Of a stretch of DNA of 64,000 bases, positions 18,262 to 29,016 are shown piece by piece. Location: the NCBI GenBank assembly GCA_036918135.1, contig JBALDB010000007.1, positions 192,001 through 256,000 of the forward strand. The letters are read 5' to 3'. Source of the DNA: Nostoc sp. Its GTDB lineage: Bacteria; Cyanobacteriota; Cyanobacteriia; Cyanobacteriales; Nostocaceae. The notes beneath the pieces were generated by a model that made no database searches, was not told the origin of the DNA, and saw only the letters and a program-made list of their open reading frames with translations. Both the position numbers and the translations under genes were made by a program. Position 1 is the first letter of the stretch. Each line of letters begins with the position of its first letter.

Positions 18262-20079
18262 ATGCCACAATTAATTACAAATCGTACTGAAAAAGAAATT
18301 GCTGAACAAGCAACAATTCAAAGCTTTTTTAATTGTTACCTGCGAGAAACTGGGACGGGCAAAAGTATAAAAGCCAATACTCAAGTAATAGACAATGCCA
18401 TAAATGAGGTATTTACTCGTACCAAAGCTGAGGTATTAATCTGCTGTTACTTAGAGCGTCAAAATATCCAAATATTGGCTGGTTTACGCTATTATTCACT
18501 AACTGGACGCCATTTATTTTACTTTCCAATTTATTATCAGGTAGTAGGAAAAACTGCTCTTTTAGAAGTTGATTACATTACCTTAATTGCTCTGCTGACA
18601 AAAGAATTGGCATCGGCTGATGGTGGCAATGGGCATGAGGACGAATTGCTACGGCGAGTAGTACAAAGCTGTTGGAATATAGAACAGTTTGTTCGGCAGC
18701 GGCGACAGGATGCTGATATTCTTTATGCTTTCAAAAGTAATTTTATTGAAACCGAACAAGCACTAGTTTTTGGGCATCCTTTACACCCAACACCAAAAAG
18801 CCATCAAGGTTTTACACAGAATGAATTAGCTACTTATTCTCCAGAATTGAAAGGACGTTTTCCTCTGCACTACTTTCGCGCCCATCAGTCGATAGTGCAG
18901 TCTGGTTCAGCATTGCCACAAACAGCTATAGAACTAATTAAAGCAGAACTATTGGCAGATACCTGGGTGGATGAAAATTTCAAAATTAACTACTGCCGCC
19001 AAGATGAATATGCTTTGTTACCGATGCATCCTTGGCAGGCAAATTTTCTCTGCCATCAAGCAGTAGTGCAGCAGCTACTAAATCAAGGATTACTGCAAGA
19101 TTTGGGGTTACAGGGGCGAGCTTTTATGCCTACTTCTTCAATTCGCACTGTTTATCATCCTGATGCAAGGTTCATGCTCAAGCTGTCTTTAAACGTTAAG
19201 ATTACTAACTCGATGCGGGCTATCTCGTATAAAGAGTTAAAACGAGCGGTAGAACTTTATCAATTGTTGAATACTGAAGTTGGTAACCAACTAAGCGATC
19301 GCTTCCCACAATTTCATATTATCCGAGAGCCTGCCTACATCACTTTGAAAATAGACGGCGAACCAAGTAGTGGCTTCGCTTCGCTATTGCGAGAAAATGT
19401 TTTCCCAGCCAATCCTGCCACTGATGCAACTTGTTTAATATCCCTATGTCAAGATGCTATGTTTAATCATGGTTCGCGCTTGACAAATATTATCAACTTA
19501 CTCGCAGAGCGCGAACAACGTACCACAAATGAGGTTAGCCGCGATTGGTTTCGCCGTTACCTAACAATTTCCTTAGAGCCGATTCTTTGGCTTTACTTCA
19601 CCTATGGCATAGGCTTAGAAGCGCATCAACAAAATAGTGTTTTACAACTACAAGATGGTTATCCTTACCGCTTCTTTTTCCGTGATAATCAAGATTATTA
19701 TTGTCACCCAGCTTTTCGGGAACATTTAGATAGCATCCTCCCTGGCTTTAGCAACAGAAGCCATACAGTGTGTAAAAATGCTGTTGCTGCTGACGAACGC
19801 TTGGGTTACTACTTTTTCAACAATAATTTGTTGGGGCTGATTAATGCTTTTGGGGTGGGAGGCTTGGTGGATGAGCAAGTACTTTTAGCAGAAGTAAAAA
19901 TTGCTTTAGACAAATATGCACATATAGAGCAAGATAGCTCGAAACTCCTGCATCAGCTTCGTCAGCCGCAATGGCGTTGCAAAGCTAATCTCTTATCCCG
20001 CTTTCATGACATTGATGAAATGCATAGTTCTTTAGCCACCCACTCGATTTATGTTACTATCGACAATCCCTTCATCTAG
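18262..20079 (+). CDS. IucA/IucC family NRPS-independent siderophore synthetase
   Basis: FGHPLHPTPKS, PMHPWQ, PTSSIRTV, KLSLNVKITNS, EAHQQN, FRDNQ; alternative GTG start at 18232. Confidence 0.93.
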   Translation: MPQLITNRTEKEIAEQATIQSFFNCYLRETGTGKSIKANTQVIDNAINEVFTRTKAEVLICCYLERQNIQILAGLRYYSLTGRHLFYFPIYYQVVGKTALLEVDYITLIALLTKELASADGGNGHEDELLRRVVQSCWNIEQFVRQRRQDADILYAFKSNFIETEQALVFGHPLHPTPKSHQGFTQNELATYSPELKGRFPLHYFRAHQSIVQSGSALPQTAIELIKAELLADTWVDENFKINYCRQDEYALLPMHPWQANFLCHQAVVQQLLNQGLLQDLGLQGRAFMPTSSIRTVYHPDARFMLKLSLNVKITNSMRAISYKELKRAVELYQLLNTEVGNQLSDRFPQFHIIREPAYITLKIDGEPSSGFASLLRENVFPANPATDATCLISLCQDAMFNHGSRLTNIINLLAEREQRTTNEVSRDWFRRYLTISLEPILWLYFTYGIGLEAHQQNSVLQLQDGYPYRFFFRDNQDYYCHPAFREHLDSILPGFSNRSHTVCKNAVAADERLGYYFFNNNLLGLINAFGVGGLVDEQVLLAEVKIALDKYAHIEQDSSKLLHQLRQPQWRCKANLLSRFHDIDEMHSSLATHSIYVTIDNPFI

Positions 20080-20315
20080 GACTAGTATCTGACTTTTTAA
20101 AATTACTCGTATAGATAGGGAATACAAAAGTAAAGAATTAGAGCTGTACGGATTTATTCAGAAATTAAACCGAATTTGTATATTTTGATTTTGCTCTGAA
20201 AAATGGCTACAAAAATAACCGTCTATACTATGAACATTAAAGCAAAACCGCATAACAGTTTAGCCATCTTCAAGGTAGCTTAGTATTAATCGAGGAAACC
20301 GTGAAGCGTGAGTTT

Positions 20316-20990
20316 ATGACAAGTACCGTTCAATCCCCTTACAGCAGCGAACAAATTGCCGCTTGGTTACGTGGACTGCTTACCATTGCTTGGGCTGATG
20401 GTAATTTTGATGAGCAGGAACAGCAAATAATTGCCAGTATCACTAAACATGAATTAGCTCCTAAGATTCAATGGGACTCACTAGAGATTATTACGCCTGA
20501 GGAATTAGCCGCAGTGTTGGGTAAAGGTACAGCAGCAGAAAATTTCTTAAGGACAGCGGTGATGGTAGCGATCGCAGATGGTACTTATTCTCCCAGTGAA
20601 GATGGAGTTCTGCAACAGTTTTGCCAAGCTTTAGAACAGCCAGAGAGTTTACTCCAAGCCCTGCGTTATACCCTAGAACATCCACAGCAAATTACCCCCG
20701 CCATCCCTGCAACTGGGCTTACAAAACGCCAAATTCATGCACTACATCATGTGCGCGACTGGCTCGATCGATTAGATATCCAAGACCCAAGAGTAGCCCG
20801 CTTTTTGTGTAAAATGATTCCCTCCCAGTGCCCCTTTGAACGCGATGTCACCCTGTTTAAACGTAAGATTGTGCATATACCTCCGATGTGTAAAATTAAC
20901 CCATTATATGAACAACTGGTAGGCTTGCGTTTCCGCGCTCTCTCCTATTTGGCAGATAAATGCGGTGAAGATATTTCACCATATATTTAG
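20316..20990 (+). CDS. TerB-like + 'Mo-dependent nitrogenase C-terminal' domain protein
   Basis: AWLRGLLTIAWADG; CKMIPSQCPFERD..IPPMCKINPLYEQLVGLRFRALSYLAD. Confidence 0.88.
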   Translation: MTSTVQSPYSSEQIAAWLRGLLTIAWADGNFDEQEQQIIASITKHELAPKIQWDSLEIITPEELAAVLGKGTAAENFLRTAVMVAIADGTYSPSEDGVLQQFCQALEQPESLLQALRYTLEHPQQITPAIPATGLTKRQIHALHHVRDWLDRLDIQDPRVARFLCKMIPSQCPFERDVTLFKRKIVHIPPMCKINPLYEQLVGLRFRALSYLADKCGEDISPYI

Positions 20991-21087
20991 TCATTGGTCA
21001 TTAGTCATTAACTTAGGTAGCATAATCTCAAGTAGGAGGTTTCAAGAATTACGGGTTTATCAATTGGCAATATTCCAAATGACCAAT

Positions 21088-21156
21088 ACTTCTCTACGAG
21101 AGGCTGCGCCAACGGCTTACCTCGGCTTTGCTCGGCACAAGTCGCTCAGTACAAGT
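21088..21156 (+). repeat. nested small dispersed repeats (SDR1-like outer copy with two inserts) inside TAATGAC heptamers
   Basis: ACTTC[21 nt]GGCTT[ACCTCGGCTTTGCTCGGCACAAGT]CGCTCAGTACAAGT. Confidence 0.8.
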
Positions 21157-21185
21157 GATTAATGACTAATGACTAATGACTAACT

Positions 21186-22208
21186 ATGCAATTTATCGAC
21201 CAAGCAGAAATTGAAGTTGCAGCTGGCAAGGGCGGCGATGGTATTGTCGCCTTCCGGCGCGAGAAGTACGTGCCGGCTGGTGGCCCCTCTGGTGGGAACG
21301 GAGGGCGAGGTGGTTCGGTAATTTTTGTTGCCGAGCAAAACCTGCAAACGTTGCTGGACTTCAGATACAATCATCGCTTTCAAGGCGAAAACGGTACTCG
21401 TGGAGGCCCAAATAATTGTACTGGGGCTAATGGCAAAGATTTGATAGTTGAAGTTCCCTGTGGTACAGCCGTTTATAATGCCGAAACAAGCGAATTGTTA
21501 GGCGATTTAATTGAGCCTCAGCAAACTTTGCTTGTTGCTCAAGGTGGTAAAGGTGGACTGGGAAATCAGCATTTTTTAAGCAACCGTAACCGTGCCCCCG
21601 AATACGCTCTCCCAGGATTACCAGGAGAAATAAAGCAGTTACGTCTGGAGTTGAAACTTTTGGCAGAAGTCGGGATTATTGGCTTACCAAATGCTGGTAA
21701 ATCGACTTTAATTTCATCTTTATCAGCCGCACGCCCAAAAATTGCAGACTACCCGTTCACTACCTTGATCCCTAATTTGGGTGTAGTCAGAAAACCTACT
21801 GGCGATGGTACTGTTTTCGCTGACATTCCCGGATTAATAGAAGGAGCTGCCCAAGGGGCTGGACTAGGACACGATTTTTTGCGTCATATCGAGCGCACAC
21901 GGGTGCTACTGCACTTAATTGATGCCACTAGTGATGATGTGGTTAGAGATTATAATACAATTCAACAAGAATTAAAAGCTTATGGAAGAGGTTTAGCAGA
22001 GCGATCGCAAATTGTGGCGTTGAATAAAGTTGATGCAGTCGATCGCGAAACTGTCGATTTGGAGGCATTAGCTACCCAACTAAATCATCTCTCCTATGCC
22101 CCGGTTTTTTTGATTTCAGCAGTTACCCGCATCGGTTTAGAGCCAATGTTACAGCAAATCTGGGAAATTCTTGAGCAAATCAAACCTGCTCAAGAATTAG
22201 AGGTATAG
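21186..22208 (+). CDS. obgE: GTPase ObgE/CgtA
   Basis: [45 protein letters not shown]. Confidence 0.98.
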   Translation: MQFIDQAEIEVAAGKGGDGIVAFRREKYVPAGGPSGGNGGRGGSVIFVAEQNLQTLLDFRYNHRFQGENGTRGGPNNCTGANGKDLIVEVPCGTAVYNAETSELLGDLIEPQQTLLVAQGGKGGLGNQHFLSNRNRAPEYALPGLPGEIKQLRLELKLLAEVGIIGLPNAGKSTLISSLSAARPKIADYPFTTLIPNLGVVRKPTGDGTVFADIPGLIEGAAQGAGLGHDFLRHIERTRVLLHLIDATSDDVVRDYNTIQQELKAYGRGLAERSQIVALNKVDAVDRETVDLEALATQLNHLSYAPVFLISAVTRIGLEPMLQQIWEILEQIKPAQELEV

Positions 22209-22230
22209 AAAATTACTAATTCATAATGAG

Positions 22231-22370
22231 TTGGTAATTGGTAATTGCTAAAAGGTGAACATTAGTAATTGGTAATTGGTATTTGGTAATTGGAAAGAGG
22301 TGAACAGTTGTGTTTTTTACCATTACCAATTAGCCATTACCCATTCCCCATTACCCATCACCTATTCCCG
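22231..22370. repeat. inverted heptamer (STRR) arrays between convergent genes
   Basis: (TAATTGG)n followed by (TTACCCA/TTACCAA)n. Confidence 0.75.
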
Positions 22371-22397
22371 ATTACACATTAGCCGATTAAGTACGAA

Positions 22398-24779
22398 TTA
22401 TATTGATATACCCTGGTTTAAGGGAATTCCAATTATGAACTCAGCTCCTTGTCCTGGTTGCGAAATACATTGTAAGGAACCACTATGTCTTTCTGTAACA
22501 ATTTGGTAGCTGATAGCAAGTCCCATTCCCGTACCTTTGCCGATGGGCTTAGTAGTAAAAAACGGATCGAAAATCTGTTTTTGTACATCTTTTTGTATTC
22601 CCAATCCGTTGTCGGCAATTCTAATCGTTACCTGATTTTGCTCCAATAATTCGGTACGAATGCGAATCTTGAGAATTGGGCATGGGACGGGCAAACAGGG
22701 CATTGAGAGTGTGGGAGGGGTGGGAAGCTTTTTTATAATCTCCCCATTCCCTACTCGCTGTTCTAAAGCATCGATCGCATTTGTCAAAATGTTCATAAAT
22801 ACTTGGTTTAACTGCCCAGCGTAACATTCAACTAAAGGTAGTTTGCCGTATTCTTTGATTACTTCAATTTTTGGGCGGTGGTCGTTAGCCTTGAAGCGGT
22901 TTTGCAAAATCATCAAAGTACTATCGATCCCCTCATGGATGTCAACTGCTTTCATTTCAGCTTCATCTAAGCGGGAAAAAGTTCGCAGAGAAAGTACAAT
23001 CTCGCGAATCCTGTTTGCACCAATGTTCATGGAGTTGAGTGTTTGCGGCAAATCTAACTTCAAAAAGTCGAGTTCGATCGCTTCTACAAAATTCTGAATT
23101 TCTTGCACGGGTTGAGGATAGTATTTTTCGTAGAGTTCCAAAAGTGAAAGTAAATCTTGGGTGTATTCATTGGCAGGGTTGAGGTTACCATAGATAAAAT
23201 TCACTGGGTTATTAATTTCGTGTGCTACTCCTGCAACTAATTGACCCAAGCTCGACATCTTTTCACTTTGAATCAACTGAATTTGGGTGCATTGAAGTTC
23301 GTCGAGTGCTTGTTGGAGTTCTTCGGCTTGTTGTCGTAGTTGTTCTTCTGACTCTAGTAAGGCTTGTTTTGCTCGTCTGCGTTCTGTGATATCCAATACC
23401 ATCGAAGCAACGCCAATTACCTGACCATCAGCATCTACTAAGGGGTTGTTATACCACTCACAGACCATTGTCTTACCATCTTTAGTGACGTTCTCGTTAA
23501 CACTAAAACTGCCTCCTTTTTGTGTTAATAAGGCAGTAGCAATCTCATTGACGTGTTTTCTGACATTTTCCGGAATTATAATCTCAAAAGAATTTCCTAG
23601 CATTTCCTCTGGGCTGTATCCAAAGATTTTTTCTGCTGCCCGATTCCATGTTTGAATTTCAAAGTTGGTATTCCATTCAATAATGGCTAAAGGTGTTTGT
23701 TCAATCAGCAAGGCCAGTCTTTGCTGTGAAGCTTTCAGTTCTGTTTCTGCTTGCTTATATTCGGTAATGTCGCGAAAATACAAAATCCTACCGTAATAGT
23801 CTTCTACGGCTTCATATCTACATACAGGCGCACAATAGCGGTCAAAAGTTTTTCCACATTTGAGTAAAATTTCATCACGGATACTTTCTTGTGGATGTTG
23901 ATAAAGAAACTCCACTTTAGACAGAAATTCCTCTGGATTGATTAATTGGTCTAGTACCCATCCCAGCAGTTGGCGATCGTCGCCTGTTTGGATAATTTGT
24001 GGCGGAATTTGCCATAATTGACAAAATTTCTGATTATATGATGCAACTTGACGATTTTCATCAATAATTAAAATTGCGTCAATCGAAGCTTCTTGCTGGG
24101 CTTGCAGCACAGCATTAATACGGTATAAATCTTGCTCTATTTGTTGACGTTCACCCAATTTGGCTTGCTGTTGGCTATCCTTGAGTAAGTAACTATCTGT
24201 CAAATCCTGGTAATGCCGACGTTCTGATTCTGCTGTTTGATAAGCTCCTGCTAGTTCTTTGTTTTGTTGGCGCAGTTCTTCGACGGTTTCCCGAAGTGCC
24301 TCACAAGTTTGTATTAGTTCTGTTATATCAATAATATTACTGAGACAACGGTCTTTATTAGTTTTATCTTCTAAAATAAAGTCTCGAATACTACCTACCA
24401 AAAATTTATTACTAGTTTCATCTTCAAAGCAAGACTTTTTTGTATAAATGAGATGAGTTCTACCCTCAGCATCAGTACAAATATGCTGATTTTTCTCAAA
24501 AATATTTGTAGTAAAAATTAGTTCATCTTTTTCCCAAAAAATATCAGCTTCTGTTTGAGGAAAAAAATCATAATCTGACTTGCCAATTAATTCTTCTCGG
24601 CTGTGACCCAGGAAATCACAGTAGCTATCGTTGATTAGTACCCAGCGATGTTGACGGTCTTTGATAAAAATTGGGTCAGGTATGCTATTAAGCATCTGAT
24701 GCAGAAACACCAAAGAGAAGTTTTGTTGCTGAGTGTTTTGTTTTTGCGCGCGATTATTTAGGAATCTAGGATGGTTCAT
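22398..24779 (-). CDS. multi-PAS sensor histidine kinase
   Basis: Three PAS/PAC segments; [21 protein letters not shown]-box; [24 protein letters not shown]. Confidence 0.93.
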   Translation of the reverse strand: MNHPRFLNNRAQKQNTQQQNFSLVFLHQMLNSIPDPIFIKDRQHRWVLINDSYCDFLGHSREELIGKSDYDFFPQTEADIFWEKDELIFTTNIFEKNQHICTDAEGRTHLIYTKKSCFEDETSNKFLVGSIRDFILEDKTNKDRCLSNIIDITELIQTCEALRETVEELRQQNKELAGAYQTAESERRHYQDLTDSYLLKDSQQQAKLGERQQIEQDLYRINAVLQAQQEASIDAILIIDENRQVASYNQKFCQLWQIPPQIIQTGDDRQLLGWVLDQLINPEEFLSKVEFLYQHPQESIRDEILLKCGKTFDRYCAPVCRYEAVEDYYGRILYFRDITEYKQAETELKASQQRLALLIEQTPLAIIEWNTNFEIQTWNRAAEKIFGYSPEEMLGNSFEIIIPENVRKHVNEIATALLTQKGGSFSVNENVTKDGKTMVCEWYNNPLVDADGQVIGVASMVLDITERRRAKQALLESEEQLRQQAEELQQALDELQCTQIQLIQSEKMSSLGQLVAGVAHEINNPVNFIYGNLNPANEYTQDLLSLLELYEKYYPQPVQEIQNFVEAIELDFLKLDLPQTLNSMNIGANRIREIVLSLRTFSRLDEAEMKAVDIHEGIDSTLMILQNRFKANDHRPKIEVIKEYGKLPLVECYAGQLNQVFMNILTNAIDALEQRVGNGEIIKKLPTPPTLSMPCLPVPCPILKIRIRTELLEQNQVTIRIADNGLGIQKDVQKQIFDPFFTTKPIGKGTGMGLAISYQIVTERHSGSLQCISQPGQGAEFIIGIPLNQGISI

Positions 24780-24867
24780 ACCCGAATTTATGTCTAATAT
24801 CAAGCTAAAAAAAGCTGCTTAGCTAACTAAGTGTCAGGATGAGTATTATTTATTATTCCCAGACTAA

Positions 24868-26022
24868 TACCAGTTCTCTAAGAAGCTGCATAGAATAAAG
24901 CTTCATGAAATAGAGCTTCGAGGATGAAATCATAACTTGTCAAAGAGGAGATTAATTCAGAAGACATTTGAGCCAATTCCAATTGAACTCGCTGACGTAG
25001 CTGCTTCAAAGAAGAAAAATTTTCACCTTTCCATTGACGTTTAATATGCTGCCACAATCGTTCAATAGGATTCAGTTGAGGGCTATGAGCAGGCTGAAAT
25101 ATTGGGATAAGATTGTCAGGCCAGATTAATGCTAACGCTTGATGGGCACAAGCCCGATCCATTTGAATCAGTGCCATATCCTTGCCCAATTCTAATGAGA
25201 GGGCATCTAAAAACTTCTGAAAAGTCTCACTATTAAGATGATCGTACTCCTGATAAAACTGCCAACCGACAAATGGCTCAACTACTCCATATAGCCAGAA
25301 TGCTTCACGTGGCCATTGCACTGATACTTTCGGTTTCACACCGCGAGCCGTAATCACTCGCCCTGTTTCGGTTTTCAGACCAATTCGAGTTTCATCTTGG
25401 CATAAGTAACGCAATCGCTTACCGTTACCCAGCAAATTTTGTAGAGCTAGTAAGGCAAAGGGAATGTTTTTTTAAACAGGCTCACTGCCTGTTCATCCTG
25501 TTCCTTACTTACTGGTCGAGGCACTTTTAGTGTCGCCTTGAGTTCATAGCGCACCCAACGGTAAACCGTTTTATATTTGACTTGTATATTAAATTTCTGC
25601 TCTAGCCATTCAACAATCTGTCCATAGCTGCTAAATCCCTGTGGACATTGAAGTTTCTCCTTGAACTCAGATAAAACCTCTCCTTGAATCTTTGGCATTG
25701 CTCCAGGTGCAACGTTGACCTCCAGTAACTTTGCCAATCCCCCTTGTCGATACTTTTGCAACCACCGTGTGACGGTTGAGGCATCTCTACCCAATATGCG
25801 GCTCAATTCCTTATGCTGTGTAACTTGTCCTGTTTTTAGCCACCAAATCATTTGTAAGCGTTCTTTGTCGATCGCAGTGCGAGCATTTTTCAGGCTTTTG
25901 GACAAATACTCTGTACTCTCGCTTATTTCTAGATTAAAGGGACGTGCCATCGTTTACCTCTAGTCTTGATTCTTTCCTGCTCTCTATTTTATTGTTCTAT
26001 GCAGCCTCACATAGAATTGGTA
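24868..26022 (-). mobile_element. IS630-family insertion sequence
   Basis: 29-bp TIRs ATACCAGTTCTCTAAGAAGCTGCATAGAA / ATACCAATTCTATGTGAGGCTGCATAGAA (24/29 identical); TA at both ends; two-ORF transposase. Confidence 0.92.
24878..25950 (-). CDS. IS630 transposase (HTH ORF 25447-25950 + DDE ORF 24878-25435, joined by a -1 frameshift)
   Basis: QDETRIG, MDRACAH, HSPQLNPIERLW; slippery TTT AAA AAA A at 25467-25476 gives FKKNIPFALLALQNLLGNGKR. Confidence 0.9.
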
Positions 26023-26085
26023 TCAAAAGGGGGCTAATAATAATTAGCTCTATTAAGCTTTTAGAGAAATGGTATTAAAACTTGG

Positions 26086-26316
26086 AAGTTGAGCTTCTGA
26101 GGGTGAACGTTGAACTTCTGAGGGTGAAAGTTGAGCTTCTGAAGGTGAACGTTGAACTTCTGAGGGTGAACGTTGAGCTTCTGAAGGTGAAAGTTGAGCT
26201 TCTGAAGGTGAACGTTGAGCTTTTGAAAGTGAACGTTGAGCTTCTGAAGGTGAAAGTTGAACTTCTGAAGGTGAAAGTTGAGCTTCTGAAGGTGAAAGTT
26301 GAGCCTCTGAGGGTGA
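26086..26316. repeat. 21-bp tandem repeat, 11 copies
   Basis: Consensus A(A/C)GTTGA(G/A)CTTCTGA(A/G)GGTGA, contiguous with no spacers. Confidence 0.95.
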
Positions 26317-26404
26317 AATTTCAAATTTTAACTTCCTCTCCCTCCTACCCAATTTCCATTACCCCTTATCCCCAGCACGGGCCCCACCTTCCCCAATCCC
26401 CAAT

Positions 26405-27844
26405 TTAATAAACCCCAGTCCATGAGCGTAACATCGGAATAATGTAAGAAATAGGTGCTTTTTCTCCAACTTTGACTTGAACAGAAGTAGTTGTGCCAGA
26501 GGATATTTTAACGGCTCCTCCATCAGAAGATGACCATTTGTAGCCACTAATTGATGTATTATTTTCTTCTAGTTGCACAAGGGCTTGTACTTTTCCTTCA
26601 CCTTTACCTGCAAGAGAAGCGGCAATTTCTTTGTTACCAATTAGCGCCGTTATATCTTGTGTAGTTACTGGAAAAGAAGAGATATTTGCAACGGTTCCGA
26701 CAATACCACCTTCGCGTTCGCGTTTGGCAAAGCTGGGAGTCACTTGTACAGCCATCCCCGACTTGATTTGCTTGCCATCTTTATTTGCGAAGTAAACAAG
26801 ACTCATCAGTTTTGAATTTGGCTGTTCAGCTTCGATTGACCCCAAGCGAGTACCCGGATTCATCATTTGACCGGGAACAACGCTCAGTTCGAGAATGTGA
26901 CCGTTATATTTGCTGATGATTCTACTTTCTTGAGATAATTGCAATTCTAATTGGGCAATTCGGCGTTTGACTTCTCGAATTTGATTGGCTTTGTCAATTG
27001 TTTGCTTGAGGTCTTGTTCTTGTAATTTAGTATTTTGAGTATTCAGGTCTTTTATTTTGGTTTTAATTTCGTCAATTTTATTAAGATTCTCTAGATATTC
27101 TCGTTGTGTATTGGTTTCTTGAATTTCTAGATCCTTGAGTTGCACATCAATCTCAGATAGTTCTGCTTGAGTATTGAAATATTCCTGTTCAGCTTGCACA
27201 ACCATGTCTTGGCTGATAACATGATTCTCAAAAAGCTGTCGACGATTATCAACCCGTCCTTGTAAGGTTTTGAGTAAGTAGTTAATTTGCTGTTTGCGAG
27301 AATTGATACTTTGACGTTTTTGGGCGATCGCTCTTAAAGTTTGGTCGCGTAATTTGGGCGCACTTTGCTCTCGACGCAGATTATTTTCTAAATCTATTTT
27401 CTGCTGTCCAAGAGTGATGATTTGTTGCTCAATTAGCAATTTTTGAAATCTCTCAGTTTCTTGATTTTGAGTTTGCAATTGTTGCAACTTTATTTGCTCT
27501 TGCTGTAATTGCTGCTTCAACACCGATTGGTCGATAATACCCAGTACATCACCTTGTTTAATACTATCCCCCGGCTTCACCTTGAGAGTTAGTAACGGCC
27601 CGGAACTAGGTGCTTGAAATTCCACCACATGGTGCGGTTTAATCAAGATACCTTGACCTGTGACAGTGAGGGGAATTTTACCAAACACACTCCAAACCCC
27701 AGCCACAGCAACCACAAAACTCATTGCAGATAAACTCAGCCAAGCTTGAGGCTTGACCACATTGATTGCTCGATCCAGTTGTTCTGGTGAAGATAAGCGA
27801 TCTAGTGCTTCTTGGCGGAAAATATGGCTGTGTTTGAGTTGCAT
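26405..27844 (-). CDS. NHLP bacteriocin system secretion protein (HlyD family)
   Basis: IFRQEALDRLSSPEQLD, TM helix, long coiled coil, GYKWSSSDG, PISYIIP. Confidence 0.93.
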   Translation of the reverse strand: MQLKHSHIFRQEALDRLSSPEQLDRAINVVKPQAWLSLSAMSFVVAVAGVWSVFGKIPLTVTGQGILIKPHHVVEFQAPSSGPLLTLKVKPGDSIKQGDVLGIIDQSVLKQQLQQEQIKLQQLQTQNQETERFQKLLIEQQIITLGQQKIDLENNLRREQSAPKLRDQTLRAIAQKRQSINSRKQQINYLLKTLQGRVDNRRQLFENHVISQDMVVQAEQEYFNTQAELSEIDVQLKDLEIQETNTQREYLENLNKIDEIKTKIKDLNTQNTKLQEQDLKQTIDKANQIREVKRRIAQLELQLSQESRIISKYNGHILELSVVPGQMMNPGTRLGSIEAEQPNSKLMSLVYFANKDGKQIKSGMAVQVTPSFAKREREGGIVGTVANISSFPVTTQDITALIGNKEIAASLAGKGEGKVQALVQLEENNTSISGYKWSSSDGGAVKISSGTTTSVQVKVGEKAPISYIIPMLRSWTGVY

Positions 27845-27912
27845 TGTTCTCCTGGTTCCTGACAGCGCTTAGAGCTTCAAGTCTTCTAGACTTTTAAGAT
27901 TAAAGTGCGATC

Positions 27913-27930
27913 GGGGAGAACTAGGGGAGA
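27913..27930 (-). promoter_or_regulatory. shared cluster promoter motif, copy 1 (hlyD)
   Basis: GGGGAGAACTAGGGGAGA (+ strand); recurs at 32846 and 33397. Confidence 0.6.
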
Positions 27931-28214
27931 TTTCAGCAAAATAGTCCTGCCTCGTAATTGGAGTTTAGACTAAAGCATGACAAAATGACCCAGCAGTAGT
28001 AAGTTTACAAGTTACACATCTGGAAGTAGAAAAACTAAAACGTCAAGCAGATTGTAGTTGTTCTTTCAGCTTATTAGTACTCTTTTTGACTGTCGGAAAA
28101 CGAATTCTACGCAGACGTGCTTTGCCAGCTTTGACACTGATATCTAGAGTTGCTGTTCTTGCTGGACAGAACACATACCCAAAGCAGAAAATTGGATCGA
28201 AAGGAGAAATCACC

Positions 28215-28880
28215 ATGACCCTGACAATGACACCCACTATTACCGCCTTTGAACGGTCGCCTGATGGCGGCAAGGGACTGGCGCGTGACATGCGCGTTCG
28301 CTGGGCGCTCGAAGAAGTCGGTCAACCTTACAACGTTCGTCTTGTTTCGTTCAGTGAGATGAAGCAACCCGCGCACCTTGCGCTTCATCCTTTCGGGCAA
28401 ATTCCAACCTACGAGTCAGGCGATCTCGCCCTGTTCGAGTCGGGGGCGATCGTGTTTCATATCGCGGAGGGTCATACAGGGCTGTTGCCAGACGATGCGA
28501 ATAGTCGAGCGCGAGCGATCGCATGGATGTTTGCCGCACTTAACACGATGGAGCCGCCAATTGTTGATTGGGGAATCACCACGTTATTAGAGCGCGATCG
28601 GGCCTGGTACGAGCAGCGCTTGGGTGTTGTCGAAGGTCGCGTCCGTAATCGGCTTTTAGAACTTTCCAGTCACCTTGGAGATGCCGACTGGCTTGATGGC
28701 GCATTCAGCGCAGGCGACCTGATGATGGTGTCAGTGCTGCTCAGATTGAAAAACTCAGGTATGCTCTTTGACTATCCGAATCTCTCTACCTATCTTGCCC
28801 GTGGCGAAGCGCGGCCCGCCTTCAAGCGTGCTTTCGCCGCTCAATTAGCGGTTTTCACTCTTCAGCAACCAACTGGCTGA
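28215..28880 (+). CDS. glutathione S-transferase family protein
   Basis: RVRWALEE, HPFGQIP, LFESGAI, FSAGDLMM, RPAFKRA; AAGGAG RBS; visibly higher GC than its neighbours. Confidence 0.93.
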   Translation: MTLTMTPTITAFERSPDGGKGLARDMRVRWALEEVGQPYNVRLVSFSEMKQPAHLALHPFGQIPTYESGDLALFESGAIVFHIAEGHTGLLPDDANSRARAIAWMFAALNTMEPPIVDWGITTLLERDRAWYEQRLGVVEGRVRNRLLELSSHLGDADWLDGAFSAGDLMMVSVLLRLKNSGMLFDYPNLSTYLARGEARPAFKRAFAAQLAVFTLQQPTG

Positions 28881-28906
28881 CTAGCGCAAAAGACTGATGC
28901 CAGATC

Positions 28907-29010
28907 GCCTCTCGTAAAGAAGGGCTTGCCGCAGCGAAAAGTCAAAGCGGCGGTTCCCGCCGATCTGAACTTATCAAGACAGGCTACCGCAAAGGACGCA
29001 AAGGAAAGGA
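28907..29010. repeat. cluster of short GC-rich dispersed repeats between convergent GST and lanM
   Basis: GCCTCTCGTAAAGA resembles 57328-57341; GCGGCGGTTCCCGCCG hairpin; CGCAAAGGA duplicated. Confidence 0.45.
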
Positions 29011-29016
29011 ATAGGC

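Noticed and set aside
20316..20990. Nitrogenase gene
   Set aside because: The domain name is historical; no nif motifs or nif neighbours
26086..26316. Possible CRISPR array
   Set aside because: Units are contiguous with no unique spacers, and no cas genes are present
26053..26408. Three overlapping repeat-encoded ORFs
   Set aside because: Stop-free frames follow from the 21-bp repeat; no RBS or unique domain
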